DNA of 44,749 nucleotides. Source: Nostoc sp. DedSLP01. GTDB lineage: Bacteria; Cyanobacteriota; Cyanobacteriia; Cyanobacteriales; Nostocaceae. This document shows, in pieces, positions 1 to 10,000 of the stretch. A program made the translations under genes and the position numbers. The DNA lies in the NCBI GenBank assembly GCA_034530875.2, contig JAVRCJ020000051.1, positions 1 to 44,749 of the forward strand, written 5' to 3'. Numbering within the stretch: position 1 is the stretch's first letter; the number at the start of each line of letters is the position of its first letter. The notes beneath the pieces are model-generated. The model was given only the letters and a program-made list of their open reading frames with translations. It was not told where the DNA came from and did no database searches.

Positions 1-155
1 ATGTTGCGCCCTGCTTGGGAATAAGTTGCTTTTTTAGACCCGGTTTCGCCGTAGGAACTCCCTGTTAGCGCCAGTGTTAGCCCGCCTTGGTTGGTCGGGG
101 CTTCTGAGTGTAAGGGAAAAGCGAAATCATTGCCTTGTGTGGTTGCGAGAATCAT
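1..155 (-). CDS. 5' part of a hypothetical protein running off the window edge
   Basis: ATG at 155 on the minus strand opens a frame (MILATTQGNDFAFPLHSEAPTNQGG...) with no stop before position 1; no recognisable motif. Confidence 0.35.
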   Translation of the reverse strand, partial: MILATTQGNDFAFPLHSEAPTNQGGLTLALTGSSYGETGSKKATYSQAGRN

Positions 156-595
156 TTTTTTCAAAATACTGTTTGCTCCATTGTTCCTTATTTTCGGATT
201 GGTGTAGAGAAGAATCCTTCTAAAGGGGTACTCACGCCGATTATAAGAGCCTGTTTACAAGCGGGAGCGCAATATCCTAGCTGCTGAATCTTCGCTTATG
301 TATCCGTTACTTAAGTATTTTTTGTTAAAAACTATACTTTTTAGAGGCGATCGCACTTATCCCACAAGCAAACCTCCTAACAGAAAACGAAGCCCTAAAA
401 ATCTCCGTTCTTTGGAAGTGCGATTGCACCTCCGGAGGGATTATCAACGACCAGCTATATCACTATCGAGAGTTGATATCAAATTTTTGGTGCTAACTTT
501 TCCTCCAAACGATACCCCTCCTTTTCGGGATTTAAACCCTATGAAAATGAAATAAAATTCAGTTATCAATTATTATTAATAGGAGTCAAAAAATT

Positions 596-997
596 ATGAC
601 AATCTACGAACTCAATAAAATCGCTAGAGAAATATCTGAAAAATTAGAAAAGTTTCAAGCTAATGTTGACTGGCTTGAAGCCGATACTCAGACCTTTGCC
701 AAATCCATTAAAACAGCACAAAAAGAAAAATCCTCAGGTGCGTTCGCACCAAAAACTCCAGGAACATCAACATCAAAAATCAGAGAATTATCTCAACAAG
801 AATTCGCCAAACAGCATCTAGAGCACGGTGAGAAACTCCTTAACCAAAGAATGGCAAAACTGGCTAAAATTTCTTCTCCTCAAAATAATTATCAAATCAA
901 GATTGACCCACAACAGGAAGAGATAATCAATGCTTTCCGCCGTGGCGAATCAGTTGAAAAAATAATTGCTAAGTTCACTGCTAAAACTAAGACCTAA
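596..997 (+). CDS. hypothetical protein (133 aa), possibly belonging to an integrated element
   Basis: ORF with AGGAG Shine-Dalgarno at 581-585; Lys/Glu-rich helical sequence; no recognised family. Confidence 0.6.
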   Translation: MTIYELNKIAREISEKLEKFQANVDWLEADTQTFAKSIKTAQKEKSSGAFAPKTPGTSTSKIRELSQQEFAKQHLEHGEKLLNQRMAKLAKISSPQNNYQIKIDPQQEEIINAFRRGESVEKIIAKFTAKTKT

Positions 998-1054
998 AAA
1001 GAAAAAATTCGTGATGCTGATGAACTGGCGCAAAAAATTTTAGGTGCGATCGCA

Positions 1055-1141
1055 TCAAAGAAGGTCGTACCTAGATTGTAAACTTTCAATCCGGCGCTCG
1101 GCTCGTTCTAAAGCACTGGACTTTCTTTTACGACGTGCCAT
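1055..1141 (-). pseudogene. truncated 5' fragment of a conserved cyanobacterial hypothetical protein
   Basis: Reads MARRKRKSSALERAERRIESLQS then RYDLL-stop; the first 23 aa resemble the N-terminus of a ~130-aa cyanobacterial protein family recalled from memory. Confidence 0.5.
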
Positions 1142-1556
1142 AATACATCTCTGCTGCTAGTTAATTAGTATATTTTTATACTAAATTATTTTGGACTGTC
1201 ACGGTAAAATACTGCAAATCAATTGCGATCGCATCTGGAAATTTTTAGTTAATTTAACTTAGATAACTTTGTATTTCAGGTAGCAAATAATTTTATAAGT
1301 TCATTACAACAATTGCTGCAATGATTTAAGCCTTTTTTATATATGGAATAGTGTTTGTTGCAAAGTATTAAATATTTGCAGCACAGTTTATACATTTGCA
1401 AGAAAAACTTAAGCCTTTCTTATATATCGAGTAATATTAGCTGCAAAGGTTTAAGATTTTTCAGCTTCAAGCGTAGGAGCGATCGCTTTTGCTTGTTGTC
1501 TGAGATCGGATCTAGTTTGAAAATAGAGAACGAAGAAGGATTGAGAAAACCCTCAT

Positions 1557-1665
1557 GTAGAGACGCGATTCATCGCGTCTAAAAAGCTCCGATGTTAGAG
1601 AAACGCGATTCATCGTGTCTAAAAAACTTTCACGTTAGAGAGACGCGATAAATCGCCTTCTCTAC
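1557..1665. repeat. three tandem REP-like palindromes with 40-bp period
   Basis: AGACGCGATTCATCGCGTCT at 1561, variants AAACGCGATTCATCGTGTCT at 1601 and AGACGCGATAAATCGCCTTC at 1641, each preceded by TAG or TAGAG. Confidence 0.85.
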
Positions 1666-1991
1666 ATAGAACTTTGCTGCTTGTGCTGGCGTAATTGCTC
1701 TACTATATATACCTGTAACTCTTGCCTTTCTCTGTTACTGGCATTTCGTTGATAAGTTCTTCCTGTTTCTTGAATAAATCGACGTTTCTCACTTTGAGAA
1801 GATTTGAGTTTACCTCCAGGCCCTTTGAGTTTTTCTTGTAATTCTTCCCATGTTTTTTCGCCGACACTCTCACCCAATTTTACCAGTACCTTTGGTAGTA
1901 ATATTGTTGCCTCTCTTTGAAAATCATCTTCTGTCTCCAGGGCAGCTAAATCTATATTGCTGAAGTCGATATCGATTTGAAACTTACTCAT
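1662..1991 (-). CDS. hypothetical protein (109 aa)
   Basis: Clean ATG-initiated ORF with protein-like composition; no recognised motif. Confidence 0.75.
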   Translation of the reverse strand: MSKFQIDIDFSNIDLAALETEDDFQREATILLPKVLVKLGESVGEKTWEELQEKLKGPGGKLKSSQSEKRRFIQETGRTYQRNASNRERQELQVYIVEQLRQHKQQSSM

Positions 1992-2260
1992 AACATCTAT
2001 ATTATTTTCTTAACCATTTTTACCACAATTGACTGATGAGTGTTTAGGGTAAACATCCATCAGCCAACAGTGAAGCTAAAATTACATCCCCTTTTAGTAA
2101 TAGATAAGTTAACTAATTTAAGTACAGTGGGTGTGGAAATAAACATACCATGTGAAATGGCTAAAGCCTTTATGCAACAGTAATTACGAGTTACGAATTA
2201 CACGAAGTGGTACTAGTGCAGTTGATAATAGACTTTTTCCATAAATATTGTTGTGTTGGG

Positions 2261-2301
2261 CTACGCCCCGCTTCTCTACGAGACGCTACGCGAACGCTAA
2301 C
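2261..2301 (+). repeat. nested small dispersed repeats
   Basis: CTACGCCCCGCTTC-[21-nt insert]-GCTAAC; an uninterrupted copy occurs in reverse complement at 25436-25454. Confidence 0.65.
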
Positions 2302-2639
2302 ACGCACGAGGCAAGAGAGGCGCAGAGGTACAGAGAGAGAAGAGAACCCAAAGAAAGACTTTTGCAAGAGACTCCATGAGTCGAACTCACAAGTGAACAA
2401 TGAAAATATCTTTTCCCCAGTCCCCAATCACCAGTCCCCAGTCCTTATTTTCAAGACAGGTCTAATGATTATTTATTCACAAAATATTTACCATTGCTGT
2501 ACTATATCGCTATCTTGAATTATCAAATAATATTCCGAATTATTTAACTATTCACCGATTCTGAATTCTGAATTCTGGATTTAGCCCAAAATGCTATCTT
2601 AAAAGCAAGGTCATTTGCCCAATTTTTGAGGAAAATGCT

Positions 2640-3722
2640 ATGACTACAACGCTCATAGAGGCTAATTCTATCGAGTCATTGCTAGGTAAAGAAGCAGAAG
2701 ATCTGCTTACCTACAAAGCAAAGGTTTCTAAGGATTTATTACATTTGCCAGGGCCAGATTTTGTAGATCGAATCTGGATTAATAGCGATCGCAATCCTCA
2801 AGTATTGCGTAATCTTCAGTCACTTTATTCTAGCGGTCGTTTGGCAAACACAGGCTATTTGTCTATTCTGCCAGTAGACCAAGGCATCGAACATTCTGCT
2901 GCTGCGTCTTTTGCGCCGAACCCGATTTACTTTGACCCAGAAAATATTGTCAAGTTAGCGATCGCCGCAGAATGCAATGCTGTTGCTACCACATTGGGAG
3001 TATTAGGCATCGTATCGCGTAAATATGCCCATAAAATTCCCTTCATTGTCAAACTCAATCACAACGAATTGCTGACCTTCCCCAATCAATTTGACCAAGT
3101 ATTATTTGCTGATGTCGAACAAGCTTGGAACTTAGGCGCAGCGGCGGTGGGTGCAACAATTTACTTTGGTTCGGAACACTCTACCAGACAAATTCAAGAA
3201 ATCAGCAAAGCCTTTAAACGCGCCCATGAATTAGGCATGGCGACTATTCTCTGGTGCTATCTGCGGAACAATGCTTTTAAACAAGATAAAGATTATCACG
3301 TTGCAGCCGACCTCACCGGACAAGCAAATCATTTAGGCGTAACCATTGAAGCCGACATCATTAAACAAAAGTTGCCCGAAAATAACAATGGTTATGGAGC
3401 AGTTGCCAAAGCCACTGGTAAGAGTTACGGCAAAACCGACGAACGAGTTTACACAGAATTGACAACCGACCACCCAATTGATTTGACTCGTTACCAAGTA
3501 CTCAATTGTTACTCTGGACGTGCGGGACTGATTAATTCTGGCGGCGCTACGGGCAAAAATGACTTCGCCGAAGCAGTTCGCACCGCCGTCATTAACAAGC
3601 GCGCCGGTGGTTCGGGATTAATTTCCGGACGCAAAACATTCCAGCGTCCCTTTGAAGAAGGCGTGAAACTATTTCACGCCATCCAAGATGTTTACCTATC
3701 GCCAGATGTGACGATAGCTTAG
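2640..3722 (+). CDS. fbaB: class I fructose-bisphosphate aldolase (DhnA/FbaB type)
   Basis: Motifs [23 protein letters not shown] (Schiff-base Lys) and GLISGRK; 360 aa. Confidence 0.95.
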   Translation: MTTTLIEANSIESLLGKEAEDLLTYKAKVSKDLLHLPGPDFVDRIWINSDRNPQVLRNLQSLYSSGRLANTGYLSILPVDQGIEHSAAASFAPNPIYFDPENIVKLAIAAECNAVATTLGVLGIVSRKYAHKIPFIVKLNHNELLTFPNQFDQVLFADVEQAWNLGAAAVGATIYFGSEHSTRQIQEISKAFKRAHELGMATILWCYLRNNAFKQDKDYHVAADLTGQANHLGVTIEADIIKQKLPENNNGYGAVAKATGKSYGKTDERVYTELTTDHPIDLTRYQVLNCYSGRAGLINSGGATGKNDFAEAVRTAVINKRAGGSGLISGRKTFQRPFEEGVKLFHAIQDVYLSPDVTIA

Positions 3723-3740
3723 GTATTGAGCAAGCAAGGA

Positions 3741-3852
3741 GTGTGGGAGGTGTGGGAGGTGTGGGAAGCTTTTTTCTAATCTCCCCACCCTCCCCACACT
3801 TCCCCATCTCCCCATCTCCCCATCTCACCATCTCCCTGCCCCTCTCCCCACA
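3741..3852. repeat. short tandem repeats (GTGTGGGAG followed by complementary CCCCATCT/CCCCACAC arrays) between convergent genes
   Basis: Directly visible 8-9-bp tandem units; G-rich and C-rich arms could pair as a bidirectional hairpin. Confidence 0.8.
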
Positions 3853-4302
3853 CTACTGGCCATTAGTCATGAGAAGCTTCGATATCTCCGCATGTGCCAA
3901 CACAGCAGCAGGTTCGTTTTGGAGTGCGTTATAATACTTTCTCTCGAAGGTATTACCCGTTTCTAAGGGGACAATCAGACTGCGGACGTTGGCAATCAAC
4001 TTTTGCAAATCATCCACGGCTATTGGTTCGTCTGCTGTCAGCTTTTCATCAATTTGCACAACAATTTCAGAAATTCGATGTAACCATGCAAATTGTTCGT
4101 GACCTATGACGAGTTGCAGAAGTTCTGTACTCGATACCCGTCCGCTAACTTGTTCGTAGGCAATGCGTTCTGTCTCCAGCAACATCTTATGCAGGTATAG
4201 TAATTTGTTTCGCAAGTCACGTAGATATTGATGTTGACGGATTCTTTGTAGAAGCGTATTGGAAGTCAATTTGAACCATCCTCTCGTTACGACAGTATTC
4301 AA
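3853..4302 (-). CDS. hypothetical protein (true start may be about 10 codons downstream)
   Basis: 149-aa helical ORF (LLYLHKMLLETER, FAWLHRISEIVVQIDE). Confidence 0.75.
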   Translation of the reverse strand: MNTVVTRGWFKLTSNTLLQRIRQHQYLRDLRNKLLYLHKMLLETERIAYEQVSGRVSSTELLQLVIGHEQFAWLHRISEIVVQIDEKLTADEPIAVDDLQKLIANVRSLIVPLETGNTFERKYYNALQNEPAAVLAHAEISKLLMTNGQ

Positions 4303-4500
4303 TCAGTTGAATAATTTTTGCTTCGGCATTTATCAACCGAAGTTCATATTTGAGCTTTTTTACTAGGACGCACTATAGTTAACATATCTTTTTATAGTGG
4401 TCGTCTCTTATATTTGATTAATCATATATTAGCATAAAATTATAGCAACTATAGAGATAAAAGCTATCGAGCAAACATCAATTATGGAAAAAATGTCTTC

Positions 4501-5055
4501 ATGTCTCTAGCATACGTAATTCTGGGTCTTCTTCAGCAGCAAGCAATGACCGGCTATGACCTGAAAACGAGCTGCTTTGATCGCTGCATTGCCCATTTGT
4601 GGCCAGCAGACCAGGCACAAATTTACAGAACCCTCGAAAAGCTAGTTGAGCAAGGTTATATTACCTGCACGATTGAGATTCAGCACGATCGCCCCAACCG
4701 CAAAGTCTACAACATAACTGAGTCAGGGAAAACGGAATTAGTCCGATGGCTCGGTATTCACCAACCCTTACCGATTGTACGGGAACCTCTACTGCTTCAG
4801 TTGCATTTTGCAGATCTATTGACTAGTGAAACTATTATTCATTTATTAGAACAGCAATTGGCAGCTAGAAGTCAAAAGCTTGCCGAATGTGAAACTATTG
4901 ATTTGCCACTATTAACCGATGAGTCTGCTAGCCGCGAACAAGTAATGCAAAGGCTAGTGCTGGAATTGGTCATCCGTAGAGAACAAACTTATATTGATTG
5001 GTTGAAGACAGCAATTAATGTGATTAATCAAGAGGGTGTAGGGGGTAGGGTGTAG
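4501..5055 (+). CDS. PadR-family transcriptional regulator
   Basis: MSLAYVILGLL...MTGYDL, QIYRTLEKL, RPNRKVYNITESG winged-helix signature. Confidence 0.92.
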   Translation: MSLAYVILGLLQQQAMTGYDLKTSCFDRCIAHLWPADQAQIYRTLEKLVEQGYITCTIEIQHDRPNRKVYNITESGKTELVRWLGIHQPLPIVREPLLLQLHFADLLTSETIIHLLEQQLAARSQKLAECETIDLPLLTDESASREQVMQRLVLELVIRREQTYIDWLKTAINVINQEGVGGRV

Positions 5056-5296
5056 GGTGTGGGGGGTGTGGGAGGTGTGGGGGGTGTGGGAGGAGAGGGA
5101 GGTGTGGGAGGTGTGGGAAGACAGAGGGGCATAAATTCTCTTTCTCCCCACACTTCTCCATGTCCTCATCTGTGCCCACACTTCCCACACTTCCCACACT
5201 TCTCCATGTCCTCATCTGTGCCCACACTTCCCACACTTCCCACACTTCCCACACTCCCCCATCCCCTCATCTCTCCTATCTCACACCCTACACCCT
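5033..5296. repeat. G-rich then C-rich short tandem repeat block with an internal ~46-bp duplication
   Basis: GGTGTGGGA arrays at about 5056-5118, CCCACACTT arrays at about 5175-5255, TGTCCTCATCTGTG at 5161 and 5207. Confidence 0.85.
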
Positions 5297-5454
5297 GTTC
5301 TCGGGCAGAGTTCAGAATTGAAAATGTCAGACTAGAATCAGTTGGGGTATTAATCTCTAACTGAATTTTTGTTCGCCAAATTTAAATGTCGGTCAGACTC
5401 AAAGTTTTTGCTGAATTCTGACTCCTGACTTCTGAATTCTTGATTATCAAAACA

Positions 5455-6831
5455 ATGACAGCAGTAGCAATCAATTCCTATCTCGATCGCAATTTTGCTC
5501 CGGTTCATAAAGAAATCGCCGCTGAAAAATTAACAGTCATAGGCGAACTACCGCCCGATTTATCGGGAATATTTCTCCGTAATGGCCCTAACCCTCAATG
5601 GCCGCCCATTGGTGAATATCACTGGTTTGATGGAGATGGGATGTTGCACGGTGTAGAAATTAGCAACGGCATAGCAACTTATCGTAACCGCTACATCCAG
5701 ACAGCTGGATGGAAAAAAGAACGAGAAGCGGGTAAAGCTATTTGGACGGGGTTGTTAGAACCACCGCAGCCAGATGTTGGCGGCTACAAAAATACTGCCA
5801 ACACTGCCCTAGTATGGCACGCTGGTCAGATGTTGGCGCTCAATGAAGGCGGTAGCCCTCACGCGATCGGGCTTCCAAAATTAGATACCATAGGTGAATA
5901 CACTTACAATGGTAAGCTGGTTTCTAACTTTACAGCCCATCCCAAGGTAGACGCAGTGACAGGGGAAATGATCTTCTTTGGCTACTCTACCTTTGCGCCG
6001 CCATACCTGAAATATAGTGTGGTTTCAGCACAAGGCGAACTCTTATGGACAGTGCCAATTGACTTACCAATTGGGGTGATGATGCATGACTTCGCCATCA
6101 CTGAAAACTACACCATTTTCATGGATTTGCCCTTCACTTTCAGCCCCGAAAGAGCGCAACGGGGAGAGCCTGTGGCGATGTTTGAGCGCGATCGCCCCAG
6201 TCGCTTTGGTATTCTACCACGCCACGGTAACAACAGTAATATCCGCTGGTTTGAAAGTCCCTCTTGCTACGTCTTCCATACCCTCAACGCCTACGAAGAG
6301 GGAGACGAAGTAGTACTGATTGCTTGCCGCATGACTTCTACCACAGTCTTAATTGCTGATGATTCGCAACCCGACCCAGAAGCAAATATTCCCCGCCTGT
6401 ATCGCTGGCGATTTAACCTCAGCACCGGGACAGTGCGTGAAGAAATGTTAGATGATGTAGCTTCAGAATTTCCCCGCGTCAATGAAAATTTGTTAGGGCG
6501 GCAAACGCGATATGGCTACACTAACAAAATGGCGAACAGCCCCCTACCTTTATTTGAGGGTATCATCAAATACGACCTCAGCAGTGGCAACTCCCAAATC
6601 CACGAATATGGAAAAGGACGCTACGGTGGTGAAGCCGTGTTTGCGCCGCGTCCTGGTGCAACGGCTGAAGATGATGGTTGGCTGATGACTTTCGTCCACG
6701 ATGAAAATTCAAATACTTCGGAATTGGTAGTGGTGAACGCCCAAGATGTCACTGCTGAACCTGTAGCGCGGATAATAATTCCCCAGCGCGTCCCTTATGG
6801 GTTTCATGGTGCCTGGGTTGCACAAGAATAG
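5455..6831 (+). CDS. carotenoid oxygenase / lignostilbene dioxygenase family (RPE65-like) protein
   Basis: RNGPNP, HWFDGDGM, FTAHPK, MMHDF, VFHTLNAYE, EDDGW, VPYGFHG with four Fe-binding His; ATG at 5455 preferred over TTG at 5440. Confidence 0.93.
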   Translation: MTAVAINSYLDRNFAPVHKEIAAEKLTVIGELPPDLSGIFLRNGPNPQWPPIGEYHWFDGDGMLHGVEISNGIATYRNRYIQTAGWKKEREAGKAIWTGLLEPPQPDVGGYKNTANTALVWHAGQMLALNEGGSPHAIGLPKLDTIGEYTYNGKLVSNFTAHPKVDAVTGEMIFFGYSTFAPPYLKYSVVSAQGELLWTVPIDLPIGVMMHDFAITENYTIFMDLPFTFSPERAQRGEPVAMFERDRPSRFGILPRHGNNSNIRWFESPSCYVFHTLNAYEEGDEVVLIACRMTSTTVLIADDSQPDPEANIPRLYRWRFNLSTGTVREEMLDDVASEFPRVNENLLGRQTRYGYTNKMANSPLPLFEGIIKYDLSSGNSQIHEYGKGRYGGEAVFAPRPGATAEDDGWLMTFVHDENSNTSELVVVNAQDVTAEPVARIIIPQRVPYGFHGAWVAQE

Positions 6832-6880
6832 TCAAACAATTTCGTTGTTACAGCCTTTTTCGTCTATTTGAAAATTCTTC

Positions 6881-6912
6881 GCAGTGGCGCACAGCTAGTT
6901 GTGCGCCACTGC
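6881..6912. terminator. GC-rich hairpin (REP-like) downstream of the oxygenase gene
   Basis: GCAGTGGCGCACA ... TGTGCGCCACTGC perfect 13-bp stem. Confidence 0.55.
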
Positions 6913-7057
6913 TCTTTAGAAACTGCAACATACATTATTAAATACTCTATTTTAACTAATACGCTTGGGTTATAAAAGATAAAAGTTTATATAGTATTCC
7001 TAAATCGGATTAATATAATAGTATTTAATAGTTTTTTTATCTACCAGTAAGATTAAA

Positions 7058-10000
7058 ATGCCACAGTCCACTCCAAAGACTCAACAAAACCTTGCTCAAA
7101 AAATTGCAAAGTGGAAAGCTGGACTGGCTGACTTGGGAAAACGAAATCCTCTCATCAAATTTCGGCAAGATAGCCCTCGAATTATAGAAATTCTCACAGA
7201 GGAACCTGATATTCTCTTCAAAAGGCTTACAGAAGAGAAAAAAACACTGCATTTTAAAATCGTTAGTAGCGCACATCAAAATATTACTCAATCGATACCG
7301 AATAAAGCATCAGCCGCCGAAAAAAATCCTCTTGAATTAATTACTCGTCAAATAGGTAATGAGCAAATAAAACGGCTAAATAAATTGCGTCTGGAAGCGC
7401 GGCGATCGTTTGAAGAAAGAGGGGTAAACAGCCTATTTTTGGCGTTGGCAACCTTGACTTGGTACGACAAGGATAAACCAGAGGAAGCTTTGCTTTCGCC
7501 ACTAATTTTAGTTCCAGTAGAGTTAATTAAAGAACCTAAACGAGACGCTTATAAAATATCTACTTTAGATGAAGATTTTGTCTTAAATCCAACGTTGGCA
7601 CAAAAATTCAAGCAAACTTTTGGAATTGAGCTTCCAGAGGGAGACGCAATACAAGGACTAACTTATAACCAAATTATTGCTGAGATTAAGAAGCTATTAG
7701 GAGAACAAAAGATATGGCAAATTAAAGAGAATGTATTTCTGTCACTATTCTCTTATGCAAAAGCTGCAATGGTTAGGGACATTATCGAAAATGAAGCTCG
7801 AATTTTTGACCACCCGATTTTGCAAGCAATTAGTGGCGATTTAACTACCTATCAGTCTAACTATAGAGAACCTCTACCTGCATCTGCTCTAGATTCACAA
7901 GTTAAACTGGAACAAATATTTCAAATTCTCGATGCTGATTCTAGCCAACAAGTTGTCATTGAAGCAGCAAAAGCTGGTTCAAGCTTTGTGGTTCAAGGGC
8001 CGCCAGGAACAGGCAAAAGTCAAACTATCGTCAATATGATTGCGGAACTAATTGGCGATGGTAAATCAGTTTTATTAGTTGCAGAAAAAGAGACAGCCCT
8101 GAGTGTGGTTTATAAGCGCATGGCTGAATGTGGTTTAGATCGTGTGTGTCTTAATCTCCACCATAGTGGTACGACAGATAAGCGAGAGCTTGTAAATAAT
8201 CTATCAAAAACTATTGAATATGTTAAACAAATCTATGGCACACAAAATAATCACCTTTTCTTTGAAAAGCTTGTTTCTACTCGTCAAACGCTAAATTTAT
8301 ATCTCACTAGCTTACACGCTAAAGAAAAACCTTTAGAAAAATCACCGTTTGAGATATTTGGTGAGCTTTTGAGAAAAGAACGCGAAGGAGTTCCCAGTAT
8401 CAATGTCATCTTTTCCAACTTCAGTCAATGGAATCCTAGTAGATTACAACAAGCAAAAGATTTATTAAATCAATTAGCGCAATTTATACCTTTCTTTAAA
8501 AGAGAGAAAACAACTATTTGGTCAAAAAGTTCTTTATATTCTTATTCGTTTGAAATGGAATTGAAAATTACAGAGGAAATAGAGGAATTTCAGCAAGCAA
8601 TTTTTTCATATCAAAAGATTAATCAAGAATTACAGGGTATTCTACAAGTTCAACCTTTGTTGAATTTAGAGTCTCTCGATAGGTGTTATCCAGCCCTAGA
8701 ATACATACAAAAAGCTCCATCCAATCTGCCAGAAAACTGGACTGGAGTAGATATATCAATTGCCCAAGATGCTTTCAGTATTCTGCAAACAGATGTTCAA
8801 GAGATTGAAAAAAATAGACTTTCGCAAGAAGCACAAAATTTGTTGAGTCAGATTTCTTCATTTCTACCATTTTTAAGAGGAGAAAAAAAAACTATTTGGG
8901 CACAAAGTACCTTAAAGTCTTGCTCTGAGGCACTGGAATTAGAAATAAATAATAAAATCAATAAATTTCAACAAGCAATTTCTTTAATTCAGACAACTAG
9001 TCAACAGCTTCAAATAATTCTCAAGCTTCAGCCTTTATTGAATTTGGGAGATGTAGAAGCTTGCTTTCCTGCTCTTCAACATCTATTAAAAGCTCCAGAT
9101 AATTTACCTGAGAACTGGACTGCAATAAATATATCAATTGCTCAGAATGCTTTCACTGAATTAAAAGCGGATGTCAAATTTCTGAAAGAAACTGAGCCAT
9201 ATTTAAAACAAAAATATTATCCAGGATTTTTCTCCGCAGAATTACCTGCTTTAGCTAATAGATATCAGAAATACAGCCGCTTTTGGTTTATTCGAGTTTT
9301 TAATCCCAGATACAGACGTGATTTCAAGCTTTTAAAGCAACTAAGCACTAAAAAAGGACAGATTTCCCACAACGAATTAAAACGTGATTTGGCACAAGCT
9401 GTTCAAATACAAGCTGCACGCAACAAGCTATATCAAATCAATTACCCAGCACGTCAGGTTTTTGGCTGTTTATTTAATCCAGAAGTTTCTAGTGAAGCAG
9501 AATTAAAAGAAATCGAACAAGCTTTAAGTTGGTTAGTTGACTTACAAAAGTATTCGCTTGCTGCTGATTCCGTCCAGCATATTGTGAATTCCCCCTCTGG
9601 ACGGCGCGAACTGGCTGAATTAGTTAAGAAACTTGAATCTCTTGTTGAAGATATTAGCCGGGGAATGGATTTCTTATTTTTATACTTTAATGAGAATGAT
9701 ATTATTGGGCAATATCGGCCTCACAATCAAATTTTATTTACCGAACTAGTAAATTTTTTAAACATAGCTCAATCCAATTTACCCGACTTCCGCAAATGGT
9801 TAACGTATAAAGAAATCTCTGGAAAATTAGAAAGTTTAGGACTCCAAGATTTCTTAAATGCTTTGCGAGACAACAAACCTAATCCTATTGAATTGATACG
9901 AAATAAGCTACGTCATATTGACTACCAGCCTCGTCAGGTTTTTGGCTGTTTATTTAATCCAGAAGTTTCTAGTGAAGCAGAATTAAAAGAAATCGAACAA

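Noticed and set aside
298..555. 85-aa ORF, and similarly ORFs 1355-1582, 2191-2427, 2207-2518, 24881-25087 and 25348-25608
   Set aside because: No motifs or clear RBS; several run through repeat elements or promoter DNA
1557..1665. Possible mini CRISPR array
   Set aside because: 20-bp degenerate repeats with 20-bp linkers that resemble each other; no cas genes nearby; better explained as REP-like tandem
4954..5364. ORFs 4954-5199, 5024-5254 and 5059-5364 (likewise 3592-3831, 3743-3934 and 23337-23576)
   Set aside because: Low-complexity translations of short tandem repeats
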